Origin: Geopsychrobacteraceae bacterium
Lineage (GTDB): Bacteria > Desulfobacterota > Desulfuromonadia > Desulfuromonadales > Geopsychrobacteraceae
DNA length: 64,000 nucleotides
Assembly (NCBI GenBank): GCA_963662315.1
Contig: OY759353.1
Span: 3,520,001 to 3,584,000 of the forward strand
Direction of reading: 5' to 3'
Below the pieces are notes generated by a model. That model ran no database searches and had not been told where the DNA came from. It saw only the letters and a list, made by a program, of their open reading frames with translations. Each line of letters begins with the position of its first letter. The stretch's first letter is position 1. Position numbers and translations under genes: made by a program. This document shows, in pieces, positions 20,477 through 29,405 of this stretch.

Positions 20477-20794
20477 TTAGTGTTGCTTACAATACGTTGA
20501 GCGAATCAGCTTTTCAACGTTGATGATTCTGGCGTCTTGTTCTGGAAGCAGCGTGCCTTTCATGGCATCGCGAATGCAGAAATTAACCATTTCCTGCAGT
20601 GTCGGCACGTCATAATCACAAGCATTTTCCAGCCCTTTGCCATCGGAGTGGCAGCTGGCACAACTTTTTCCATTACTGCCCAGACTGGCATCATTAAATG
20701 CCTGTCTTCCCTCTTCCAGGTCGGAAGCCGCCATGACTGTAGAATTCGAGAAGATCAATAGTGCAGCAACAATAATGCTGATGAGTGACTTCAT
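20477..20794 (-). CDS. periplasmic monoheme cytochrome c
   Basis: Signal peptide, single CASCH, GGAGGA RBS before ATG 20794. Confidence 0.85.
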   Translation of the reverse strand: MKSLISIIVAALLIFSNSTVMAASDLEEGRQAFNDASLGSNGKSCASCHSDGKGLENACDYDVPTLQEMVNFCIRDAMKGTLLPEQDARIINVEKLIRSTYCKQH

Positions 20795-20894
20795 TTTATC
20801 CTCCAAAGGGAAAGATGCACAGATGACAAGTATAACAAAGCATTGCAAATGCGATGCTGTTGTTGTCAATATTGCTGCCCTGACGACGGGTGGC

Positions 20895-21803
20895 CTATTT
20901 TAACACTCCCTTTTCTTTCAGGAAATTGCTTTCCTGCTTAACGATATCAACAAAGGCCTGTTCTGTGGCACTGATGGGCTTTTCATTTCGGAAGTACAGA
21001 GCCATGTCCCAGTAGACAGGATAGGCGAGGGGAATATCTACAATATCATGATTGTTGTTCAATAGAGTTGCGAACGGATCGACGACGGCAATTCCAACCC
21101 CGCGTTGCACGAGCCCGCATACGGCATTCAGGGTTCTGGCTTCGGCAGCTATGTTTCTCTGAATTCCCTTTGACTGCATCATATAATCGACCCGCGTCCG
21201 CAAAGGGCTGCCAAGGGACAGTTCAACCGTCTGTGTATGGTTGAAATCTGCAAGTTCGATAATTTTTTTATGGGCCAAAGGATGATCCTTGCGCATGATG
21301 CAGCGGACTTCACAGCGTCCGAGAGAAACGCGGCGCGTATGATAGGCGCCGGCGTCCAGGGTGATGCCGATGCCGATATCACAACTATGGTCAGCGATGT
21401 TTTTAAGGAGACTCTCAAGACCGACATCGATAATTTTGACCCCTACATAGGGGTGAGCCTGCTTGAATTTGGCGACTATATCGAGCAGGAAGGTATCGAT
21501 GTAAATCGGTTGGGCAGCAACAACAATACGGCCGATCTGTTTATTCAAAATCGCTTTGGCTTCATTGTTGATTTCTCGTAGAGCCGTCAGGAAGCGTGGG
21601 ACGGTGGCATGAAAACTGTGAGCTTCCGGGGTCGCAATTAACTGGTTCCGTTTCCGCTCGAACAGCTTAAACCCGACATTTTGCTCTAATTGTCCCAGAA
21701 GTTTGCTGACCATCGGCTGGCTGGTATTTATTTCCGTTGCCGCTTTTGTAACCGAGCCGAAAGTCATGAACGCATTGAACGCTTCAATTTGTCGAATTTT
21801 CAT
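20895..21803 (-). CDS. LysR-family regulator, divergent from the TTT operon
   Basis: GSVTKAATEINTSQPMVSKLLGQLE...LFER HTH. Confidence 0.92.
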   Translation of the reverse strand: MKIRQIEAFNAFMTFGSVTKAATEINTSQPMVSKLLGQLEQNVGFKLFERKRNQLIATPEAHSFHATVPRFLTALREINNEAKAILNKQIGRIVVAAQPIYIDTFLLDIVAKFKQAHPYVGVKIIDVGLESLLKNIADHSCDIGIGITLDAGAYHTRRVSLGRCEVRCIMRKDHPLAHKKIIELADFNHTQTVELSLGSPLRTRVDYMMQSKGIQRNIAAEARTLNAVCGLVQRGVGIAVVDPFATLLNNNHDIVDIPLAYPVYWDMALYFRNEKPISATEQAFVDIVKQESNFLKEKGVLK

Positions 21804-21935
21804 CTGTTCCTCTTCTTATCGATAGTCAGTATGCTAATAAGTTATAGTAAGACCATTATGTTGAATTAAATGGAATGATCTGGCAAGTTATTTTACGGTA
21901 ACTTACAAACCAATTTACTTAAGGAGGATGTTGTC

Positions 21936-22913
21936 ATGGCAAGGATGTTAAGCGTTTTTATCGTTATGCTTTGTTTGGTTTCCCCAACAGTGACTCTACA
22001 AGCAGCGGGCTACCCAGAAAAGCCAATTACTCTTGTTGCACCCTATGGTGCTGGTGGAGCATCCGATCTTGTTGCTCGCGCTCTGGCCGAGACTGCTCGT
22101 GGGTACCTCGGTGAACAGCCGGTCATTGTCATCAATAAACCAGGTAATGGCGGCATGACGGGGTCCCGCTATGTTGCCAGCAGCGATCCAGACGGTTACA
22201 CGCTGCTTCTGGCTCGCGTTGGCATGGCTCTTTACCCCGCTGTGCATTCAAAATCTCCGGTAGCCTGGGACGAATACACATTCCTTGGCCTGCTGGAAGC
22301 AACTCCGATGATTTTGTGTGTCAATGAAGATTCTCCTTACAAGACCGTTGAAGATCTGATCGAAGCGATCAAGAAAAAACCGGGGCAGATGACCTATGCT
22401 GCTTCCGGTGCGGCAGCTATTGACGGTTTTGCCGTCCAGACCTTGCTCTCGGATATCGGTCTCGATCCCCTGACGGCAGCGACTTTGGTCCCTTACAAAG
22501 GTGGTGGCGCTTTGGCAACGGCCCTGCTGGGAAATCATGTTGATTTCCTTGCTGTTGCCGCTGGTTCTTTGATGCCGCATATAGAAGCGGGGAAAATGCG
22601 CCCCCTGATGGTTTATGCTCCGTCCCGTATGGACAAACTCCCTGCAGTACCGACGGCCACGGAAAAAGGCTATGTCCAGGCCGGCCAGGTTACTGGCTGG
22701 AGCGCTCTTTATGGACCTAAGGGGCTTCCGGAAGATGTTGTTGCCAGTTGGAATGAAGCTCTTGGCAAGGTGGCAGATGACAAAACCTGGAAAGAACTCG
22801 CAGACCGGCGTGGCTCCATTTCTGCCATTGGTACAGTGGATATGAGTAAGTATGCTCAAGGGCAGTACCAGCTCTACAACTCTTTGGCAAAAAAATTCGG
22901 TTACCTGAAATAG
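21936..22913 (+). CDS. tripartite tricarboxylate transporter substrate-binding protein (TctC/Bug)
   Basis: YPEKPITLVAPYGAGGASD, NKPG.GG, DGYTLL and VPYKGG motifs. Confidence 0.93.
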   Translation: MARMLSVFIVMLCLVSPTVTLQAAGYPEKPITLVAPYGAGGASDLVARALAETARGYLGEQPVIVINKPGNGGMTGSRYVASSDPDGYTLLLARVGMALYPAVHSKSPVAWDEYTFLGLLEATPMILCVNEDSPYKTVEDLIEAIKKKPGQMTYAASGAAAIDGFAVQTLLSDIGLDPLTAATLVPYKGGGALATALLGNHVDFLAVAAGSLMPHIEAGKMRPLMVYAPSRMDKLPAVPTATEKGYVQAGQVTGWSALYGPKGLPEDVVASWNEALGKVADDKTWKELADRRGSISAIGTVDMSKYAQGQYQLYNSLAKKFGYLK

Positions 22914-22949
22914 AAACGCCTGAGCCCCCAAGAGGCATACCTGGCGGAT

Positions 22950-23477
22950 TTGGAGGAATATTTTATGCGAACCAGTGCAGATTGGCGACGTGGCAGTTTT
23001 ATTGCCCTGATGTTTGCGGTCGTTTTTTTCGTCCTGATTCCCGAATACGTACCTAGGCCGGCATTTATACCTGGTTTTGCTCCACCCCCTGATATGTGGC
23101 CGCGGGTTATTTCAGTTGTTGGAATGTTTCTTGGGGGTGTGGAAATTGTCATTGCCCTGTTCGAACGCAGGGCAATGGCAGTCTCGCCGGTAACCTTTTC
23201 GGCTTGGATCAACAAGCACAAATTGTGTCTATTGCGTTTCGCTTTGGCGTGCGGGGCGTTCACACTGTTTATTGTTTTGATCCCCTTGCTGGGCTTCCTC
23301 ATCGCGTCAATTTTGGTTGGTGCTGCCAGTTTTCTGTTGGCCGGTGGCTGGCAGTATAAGGGGTGGATGGTTGGTCTGTCGATTCTATTACCAGTCTTCC
23401 TCTTCTTTGTTTTTAAGCATTTTATTAATACGCCATTTCCCAAGGGGACACTGTTCAAAGCCCTGGGAATTGGCTGA
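22950..23477 (+). CDS. TctB-family small membrane subunit (start may be 22965)
   Basis: Four to five TM segments, P..WP motif, LLGF, and position between tctC-like and tctA-like genes. Confidence 0.8.
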   Translation: MEEYFMRTSADWRRGSFIALMFAVVFFVLIPEYVPRPAFIPGFAPPPDMWPRVISVVGMFLGGVEIVIALFERRAMAVSPVTFSAWINKHKLCLLRFALACGAFTLFIVLIPLLGFLIASILVGAASFLLAGGWQYKGWMVGLSILLPVFLFFVFKHFINTPFPKGTLFKALGIG

Positions 23478-23494
23478 AACAGCAGGAGAGTTTC

Positions 23495-25006
23495 ATGTGG
23501 CATGATGTACTTCTAGCCTTACAGGCTGTCGCAACAGTCAATAATTTTCTGGCGATGGGAGCCGGAATATGGGCCGGTGTCATTATTGGAGCGATTCCGG
23601 GCATGACGGGGACTATGGCAGTGACTCTTGCCCTCCCGTTTACGTTCTACATGGAGCCGGTTACCAGTCTTCTGTTGTTGGTCGCACTATACAAAGGAAG
23701 TACCTATGGGGGGTCGATTTCCGCTATTTTGATTAAGACCCCCGGAACCGCTTCGGCAGCTTGTACAATCCTTGATGGTTATCCGCTGGCACAGCAAGGG
23801 AAGGCGGGTAAGGCGCTCAATATGGCTCTGATTTCTTCTTGTATTGGCGACTTCATTTCGAACCTGTCGCTGATCTTTTTTGCGGCGCCATTGGCTTTTC
23901 TTGCTCTTAAGGTTGGTCCGCCGGAATACTTCATGCTCATGGCTTTTGCCCTGACCATGGTTGCAGGTATATCGGGGGACTCATTACTGCTGGGTGCTAT
24001 TTCTGCCTGTATCGGTCTGCTGCTGGCAACGGTCGGAGAAGATATCTATGGGTCCTATCGGTTTGCCATGACCGATAACCTGATGAATGGTTTGTCTGTG
24101 GCCCCGGTTCTGATCGGCCTTTTTGCCTTGCCTGAACTGCTGAAGTTGATTGTTTTCGGCGATAGCAACAAGGGAAAACTGATGGCGATGGGAGATAACA
24201 AGGTTACTCTTGCCGAAATCAAGGGGTCTCTGAAATCAATTTTTCGCGGAAGTTTTATCGGTGTTGTTTTGGGAGCTATGCCTGGGATTGGGCCGGCAGC
24301 CGCCGCTTTCTTTTCTTATGGTGAGGCGCGCCGAACATCTCCTAACCGGGAAAATTTTGGAAAAGGGGAGCTGGAAGGGATCGCTGCCTCGGAATCGGCC
24401 AACAATGGTTGCTGTGGCTCGACGATGATCCCGTTACTGGCCCTGGGAGTTCCCGGTGATGTTATTACTGGTGTCATGCTGGGGGCATTTATGATTCAGG
24501 GGCTGACCCCCGGACCCTTGTTGTTCCAGAATAATATTCACGAAGTTTACATGTTGCTGATTGGAATGATGTGCTCTTCAGTCTTTCTGTTTGGTGCGGG
24601 AAAATTGACGGCCAATTTCTTTTCCTACATCTCGCGAATACCACTGTCTTTGTTGACACCCAGTGTCCTGTTACTCTGTGTTTTCGGTATCTACTCGATC
24701 TCAAGCGATCCTTTCGACGTGACAGTACTGATTGTGATGGGGGTGGTGGGTTTCTTCATGATGTTGATGAATATTCCTGCAGCGCCATTTCTTATAGCTT
24801 TCATCCTTGGGCCGATGTTTGAGGATAACCTCAGAAGAGCTTTGGCTATTTCCCGTGGCAACCTGAATATTTTCTTTCAATCGACGATTTCATGGATCTT
24901 CTTCATTTTGATCATTCTTTTTGTCGTGATTACCGCTCGCCGTGAGTGGCAGGGGTTTCGGGCTAAAAAAGCTGCCGCAGTTTCTAGTATCTCTGGAGTC
25001 CGTTGA
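23495..25006 (+). CDS. TctA-family permease
   Basis: GAIPG, GGSISAILIKTPG, ESANN, LALGVPG and PGPLLF motifs. Confidence 0.93.
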   Translation: MWHDVLLALQAVATVNNFLAMGAGIWAGVIIGAIPGMTGTMAVTLALPFTFYMEPVTSLLLLVALYKGSTYGGSISAILIKTPGTASAACTILDGYPLAQQGKAGKALNMALISSCIGDFISNLSLIFFAAPLAFLALKVGPPEYFMLMAFALTMVAGISGDSLLLGAISACIGLLLATVGEDIYGSYRFAMTDNLMNGLSVAPVLIGLFALPELLKLIVFGDSNKGKLMAMGDNKVTLAEIKGSLKSIFRGSFIGVVLGAMPGIGPAAAAFFSYGEARRTSPNRENFGKGELEGIAASESANNGCCGSTMIPLLALGVPGDVITGVMLGAFMIQGLTPGPLLFQNNIHEVYMLLIGMMCSSVFLFGAGKLTANFFSYISRIPLSLLTPSVLLLCVFGIYSISSDPFDVTVLIVMGVVGFFMMLMNIPAAPFLIAFILGPMFEDNLRRALAISRGNLNIFFQSTISWIFFILIILFVVITARREWQGFRAKKAAAVSSISGVR

Positions 25007-26208
25007 TGATCGATTTGAAAAGAACCATTTCTATACTTGAAGACCTGGTGCGTTTTGACACAACGAGCCGCAATGGCAACCGTGAGTTGGTCGACTATAT
25101 TGCCAACTACCTTCATAGTCAGGGTGTTGAATCGACAATTTTGTCAGATCAAACGGGCCTTAAAGCCAACCTTGTGGCCCGCATTGGACCAGAAAACAGG
25201 GCGGGAATTGTTCTTTCTGGACATACCGATGTTGTCCCTGCAGCTGAAGAAGGTTGGCTGTCCCCGCCTTTCGAGCTAGCGGAACGAGGTGGTAAACTGT
25301 ATGGCCGTGGCACCTCCGACATGAAGGGTTTTATCTCCTGCGTGCTGGCAGCAGTTCCAGCCCTAACGGCTGCAAATCTCGATCTGCCTGTGTATCTGTG
25401 TTTTTCTTACGACGAAGAGGTCGGCTGTCTCGGCGCTCCCGCCGTGGCCCATTATCTGAAAGCCCTGCGGGTTCCACCGCTTCTGGCTATCATAGGTGAA
25501 CCCTCAGACATGAAGTGGATAAACGGGCAAAAAGGAAAAATCGCCATGCGCTGCCATGTTCAGGGGACTGCGGGACATTCTTCCCTGGCGCCCAAGCATG
25601 TCAACGCGATCAAGTATAGTGCTAAAATCATTTCAATGATTGAAGACTTCGCCGAGGATTTTAAAACCAATGGCCCCTTTGATTACGATTATTCGGTGCC
25701 TCATTCGACGATGCTGACGACGATGATTCATAGTGGTGTGGCAACCAATATTACCCCTGAATCAAGCGCATTTAATTTCGAAATTCGCAGCCTGCCGGAG
25801 CATAACGCTGCAGACGTGATTGCGCAGCTGAAAGCCCGGGTTGAGCAGAGTATTTTACCGGAAATGAAAGCTGTCAGCGAAAGAGCCGACATTGAGTGGG
25901 AAGAGGTTTTTTCGTACCCGGCCATGGGGGATTTGACAGGCAGCGAAGCATACGAGTTCATCAAGGACATTTTGCCTGCTTGGGGTGGTAAAGTCTCCTA
26001 CGGCTCCGAGGGGGGCGTTTTTGAAACGGTTGGAGGAATTCCTTCGCTGATCATAGGACCTGGATCGATTGTTCAGGCCCACAAAACAAACGAATATATT
26101 GAGATTGACCAATTGCAACAATGTCTCATGTTTCTAGCCCGGTTGATTGCGCATCTGAATAGCAAGAAAAAATATGTAGCTGACAAGAAGTCGTTACCCG
26201 TTTCCTGA
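25003..26208 (+). CDS. argE: M20 amidohydrolase, acetylornithine deacetylase family
   Basis: LSGHTDVVP, YGRGTSDMKG, YDEEVG, GEP and AH..NE motifs; coupled to the tctA-like gene. The true substrate is uncertain. Confidence 0.8.
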   Translation: MMIDLKRTISILEDLVRFDTTSRNGNRELVDYIANYLHSQGVESTILSDQTGLKANLVARIGPENRAGIVLSGHTDVVPAAEEGWLSPPFELAERGGKLYGRGTSDMKGFISCVLAAVPALTAANLDLPVYLCFSYDEEVGCLGAPAVAHYLKALRVPPLLAIIGEPSDMKWINGQKGKIAMRCHVQGTAGHSSLAPKHVNAIKYSAKIISMIEDFAEDFKTNGPFDYDYSVPHSTMLTTMIHSGVATNITPESSAFNFEIRSLPEHNAADVIAQLKARVEQSILPEMKAVSERADIEWEEVFSYPAMGDLTGSEAYEFIKDILPAWGGKVSYGSEGGVFETVGGIPSLIIGPGSIVQAHKTNEYIEIDQLQQCLMFLARLIAHLNSKKKYVADKKSLPVS

Positions 26209-26293
26209 CAACGGCTGGGTGAGCTTCCGATCTTCAGAAAATTTTCCGGTATCTGTGTTTATAGTGGGGTTTGTCTCTATAGATTTACATATG

Positions 26294-26327
26294 CTTAGCA
26301 GTAGTAGTCGCGGCTACTACTGCTAAG
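26294..26327. repeat. perfect 14-bp inverted repeat
   Basis: CTTAGCAGTAGTAG-tcgcgg-CTACTACTGCTAAG. Confidence 0.85.
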
Positions 26328-26620
26328 TGTGATTAATATACGGCCATTGATGATCCCGGCCGGATTATGTTCAGTAAAATGAGAAATACTATCCTGAATG
26401 TCAAATATCCAGAAGCATGAACCTTTGATATCCCATCCTCGGAACAATTGTCTTACCATCTTGAAATCCAAAAATTCATAGTATGCCTCCAACAATCCAG
26501 CTGAGCATCAGCACGGCAACATACTGGGAAAACTTCAGAAAATAATATCCTTTATAGATTTAATTTATTATTACATGCTAATATTCTGCAGAATTTAACC
26601 TACCTACACTTGGAGATTTC

Positions 26621-28705
26621 ATGGTGAGACTAGTTCATTTTTTGTTAGTCTTTGTATTGGTCATTTCCCTGCCAGGATGTGGTCATGACTCCGCGTCGAC
26701 GGAATCTTCTGCGTCAGACCAGCCCCAGTTTACTTACATTCAGTTTCCTGAATCTGTAGCCGAAGTGGAAACGCTTACGGAAGAGGCGATCCTGCGATGT
26801 GAAAGGACTCTCGATGAGATCCTCAGTCAAGCGTCCCCTAATTTTTCAAACACGATCCATGCCTTAACTGATGCAGTTGATAGTGACTTGGAGAGCGTGA
26901 TCAGCTATTTCGGCATCGTTGCAGATCTATCTCCAAGCTCAGAGGTCCGTGATGCTGCCTATGAGGCATCTGACGAGCTGGTGTCGTACCGTTCCCAGCT
27001 TTTTAAGAATGATGAACTCTATCTGGTGGTCACCGAGGCCGTTGCCCATAGTGATTCCTTGAACGATGAGCAGCAGGCAGTAGTCTCCACAATCGTGAAT
27101 AGGTTCAAGAATAACGATTTATCTTTAGACGCTTCAGATCAAGAAACCCTCATATCGTTGCGAGAAAGAGTACGGGATCTTGTCATTGAGTTCAGGAAAA
27201 ACCTATATTCAGGTGACTTCGATCCTGAAGTAACGTTTACCGCAGAAGAATTGCAGGGGGTCCCGGACTCCGTGCTGAACCAATTCCAACCCGATGGGGC
27301 CGGAAATTATACCAACCTTCCTTATGCAACAATTTTGGAATTTGCAAGCTCAGAAGAAACACGAAAAAAAGCCTTTATCGCCCAATATTCTGTTGCTAGG
27401 GACGTGAACCCGGAACTGTTTGCCGAAATCGCACAACTTCGTGCGCGCATAGCGGAAATATATGGTTACGATTCCTTCTCTGCCTACAAGACAGCTTCAT
27501 TAATGGCAGGCTCCCCGCAAACCGTAGCAGCTTTTCTGACCGATTTAAATGGCAAGATAGCGGAAAAAAGGTCAAGCGAAATAGACGTTCTAGAGAAAAT
27601 AAAGCAGCAGGAAACCGGAGACGCTACAGCAACGCTTAACGTCTGGGATGTCTCATATTATAAGAAAATTTACCTGGAAGACTTTCCAGAATTAGACACA
27701 AGTTCATTCAATAAATATTTTGAGTGGGAAAGAACCTTGAATGGAATGTTCTCTATCTTTGAGGGCGTCCTGAATATTAAGATCATCAAGCGCGATACCT
27801 CCGCCATGCAGTTGTGGTCTGAAGATGTCAGGCTTTATGAAGTGCATGACGGTGACACTGACAGGCCCCTTGGCCTTTTCTATTTAGACCCTTACCTTCG
27901 TGATGGGAAATATCCTTATTATGAAACCTGGCCTGCTTCCGCGCGCAACCGTTCTGCAGCGGGCAAAGTGACACTTCCAACCTCGGTTTTGATTGGCCCT
28001 TGGCGTAAGCCGGATCTTAAAAGCAATACACCAATTTTGCTTACCTTTGACGAGATGGTAGGCTTGTTTCATGAGTTTGGTCATACCCTGGATGATTTGT
28101 TGATCGCGTCGGATTATGCCGTTCTGGCATATCCTCATTGGGATTTCATTGAAGTGCCATCCCAACTGTTCGAGCGCTACTGCTATGATCAGGACGCTCT
28201 GGCGACGTTTGCGGTTAACTATCAGGATGAGGCTGATACCCTGCCTGAAAATTTTGTTGACGTCATCAGGCAGCGCGAGCAGATGTTCATCGGTATGTTT
28301 ACGGGTACTCAGCTCTCCTATGCGATGACTGATCAGATTATTTACAGCATGTCTGTCTCAGGGACAGAAACCCTTGATGTTGATGCCGTTTTTCGTGAGG
28401 TTTCAGAGCGTTACTATATGCCTTTTCCCGAAGAGGCGTCCCGAATGGCACAAATTGTCCACCTGATTGACAACTATCCCTCCACGTATTATGGCTACCT
28501 CTGGTCCGATGCCATTGTTGCTGATATCAAAAGTGCTTTTCATCAGTCAAATAGTGGATTGCTCAATTCAGATACTGGATTCAGGTTTCGGCAAGAGATC
28601 CTTGAGCCGGGCAGCCTCCGTAACGAGAATGAATCTCTGTCCCTGTTTCTTGGCCGAGATTGGAGTGTTGATGCATACGCCGAAGAATTATTTTCCGGCA
28701 AATGA
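26621..28705 (+). CDS. M3A-family (thimet/oligopeptidase A-like) metallopeptidase lipoprotein
   Basis: Lipobox LPGC; FYLD.Y.R.GK, FHEFGH, DFIEVPSQ and YYGYLWS motifs. Confidence 0.88.
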   Translation: MVRLVHFLLVFVLVISLPGCGHDSASTESSASDQPQFTYIQFPESVAEVETLTEEAILRCERTLDEILSQASPNFSNTIHALTDAVDSDLESVISYFGIVADLSPSSEVRDAAYEASDELVSYRSQLFKNDELYLVVTEAVAHSDSLNDEQQAVVSTIVNRFKNNDLSLDASDQETLISLRERVRDLVIEFRKNLYSGDFDPEVTFTAEELQGVPDSVLNQFQPDGAGNYTNLPYATILEFASSEETRKKAFIAQYSVARDVNPELFAEIAQLRARIAEIYGYDSFSAYKTASLMAGSPQTVAAFLTDLNGKIAEKRSSEIDVLEKIKQQETGDATATLNVWDVSYYKKIYLEDFPELDTSSFNKYFEWERTLNGMFSIFEGVLNIKIIKRDTSAMQLWSEDVRLYEVHDGDTDRPLGLFYLDPYLRDGKYPYYETWPASARNRSAAGKVTLPTSVLIGPWRKPDLKSNTPILLTFDEMVGLFHEFGHTLDDLLIASDYAVLAYPHWDFIEVPSQLFERYCYDQDALATFAVNYQDEADTLPENFVDVIRQREQMFIGMFTGTQLSYAMTDQIIYSMSVSGTETLDVDAVFREVSERYYMPFPEEASRMAQIVHLIDNYPSTYYGYLWSDAIVADIKSAFHQSNSGLLNSDTGFRFRQEILEPGSLRNENESLSLFLGRDWSVDAYAEELFSGK

Positions 28706-28821
28706 TAATTTGGACTGTTCGCCGACCTAATTTCATCAACGATCAATACGACTTGAAATTATCAGATAAATAACGAGAAGAGAGCAAAACCGCAGCACAA
28801 AAAGCAAAAGGCCGAATCGGT

Positions 28822-29133
28822 ATGAGAAAAGAGCGTATGGGGACTTTTGATTCTGGCTTGTGGGCACAATTAAGGTTGGTGGAAAAGTCCATCTATATGG
28901 CCATGAGATCTTACTCATACTTTGATATCGAAACCTGTCGTGAAGACTCCAATGACGATATGCAGGAGAGCTATAAAACAAGAATAAGCGAAATGGTGAT
29001 CGCTGATTCTGATGTTTTGTCTGAATATGCAGGAATTACAGGGCGAACATTAAAAAATGCAATATTGGGGTTGGCTCGCAAGGGATTAGTTCAAAATGAT
29101 GGGGATGAGCTTTGTTATTTTAAGGGGAAGTGA
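28822..29133 (+). CDS. hypothetical winged-HTH protein or remnant
   Basis: C-terminal LSEYAGITGRTLKNAILGLARKGLV resembles an HTH; no clear RBS; at the island edge. Confidence 0.4.
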   Translation: MRKERMGTFDSGLWAQLRLVEKSIYMAMRSYSYFDIETCREDSNDDMQESYKTRISEMVIADSDVLSEYAGITGRTLKNAILGLARKGLVQNDGDELCYFKGK

Positions 29134-29340
29134 TCTACATAGATTCCCCATTAAGTAGGTTGTGAAAGAAGGTTTGTTTAAAGTAGGAAAGATAAAAAGA
29201 AGCGTATTGACCAACGCTCTTTTGCCAAGAGCTCTTTAAACTTTTGAATATTCCAATAGAAAATCATGCACCTTTTCGTTATTCTTAACCGATAGGCTGT
29301 CTGGAGGGATACGATAAAGGCCATTCGTTAGTTTAGCGAC

Positions 29341-29374
29341 CGCTTCGTGCCTGTATGGGTGAAGCGTTTTTTTT
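29341..29374 (+). terminator. terminator-like hairpin just upstream of hsdM
   Basis: CGCTTC...GAAGCG followed by T8. Confidence 0.55.
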
Positions 29375-29405
29375 ATGTAATGACCCAGGAAGGGATTTTT
29401 TGTAG

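Noticed and set aside
26295..26495. 66-aa ORF and a GGAGG-preceded MNFWISRW* mini-ORF on the minus strand
   Set aside because: No recognisable domain and no downstream gene to attenuate; probably chance or decayed sequence.
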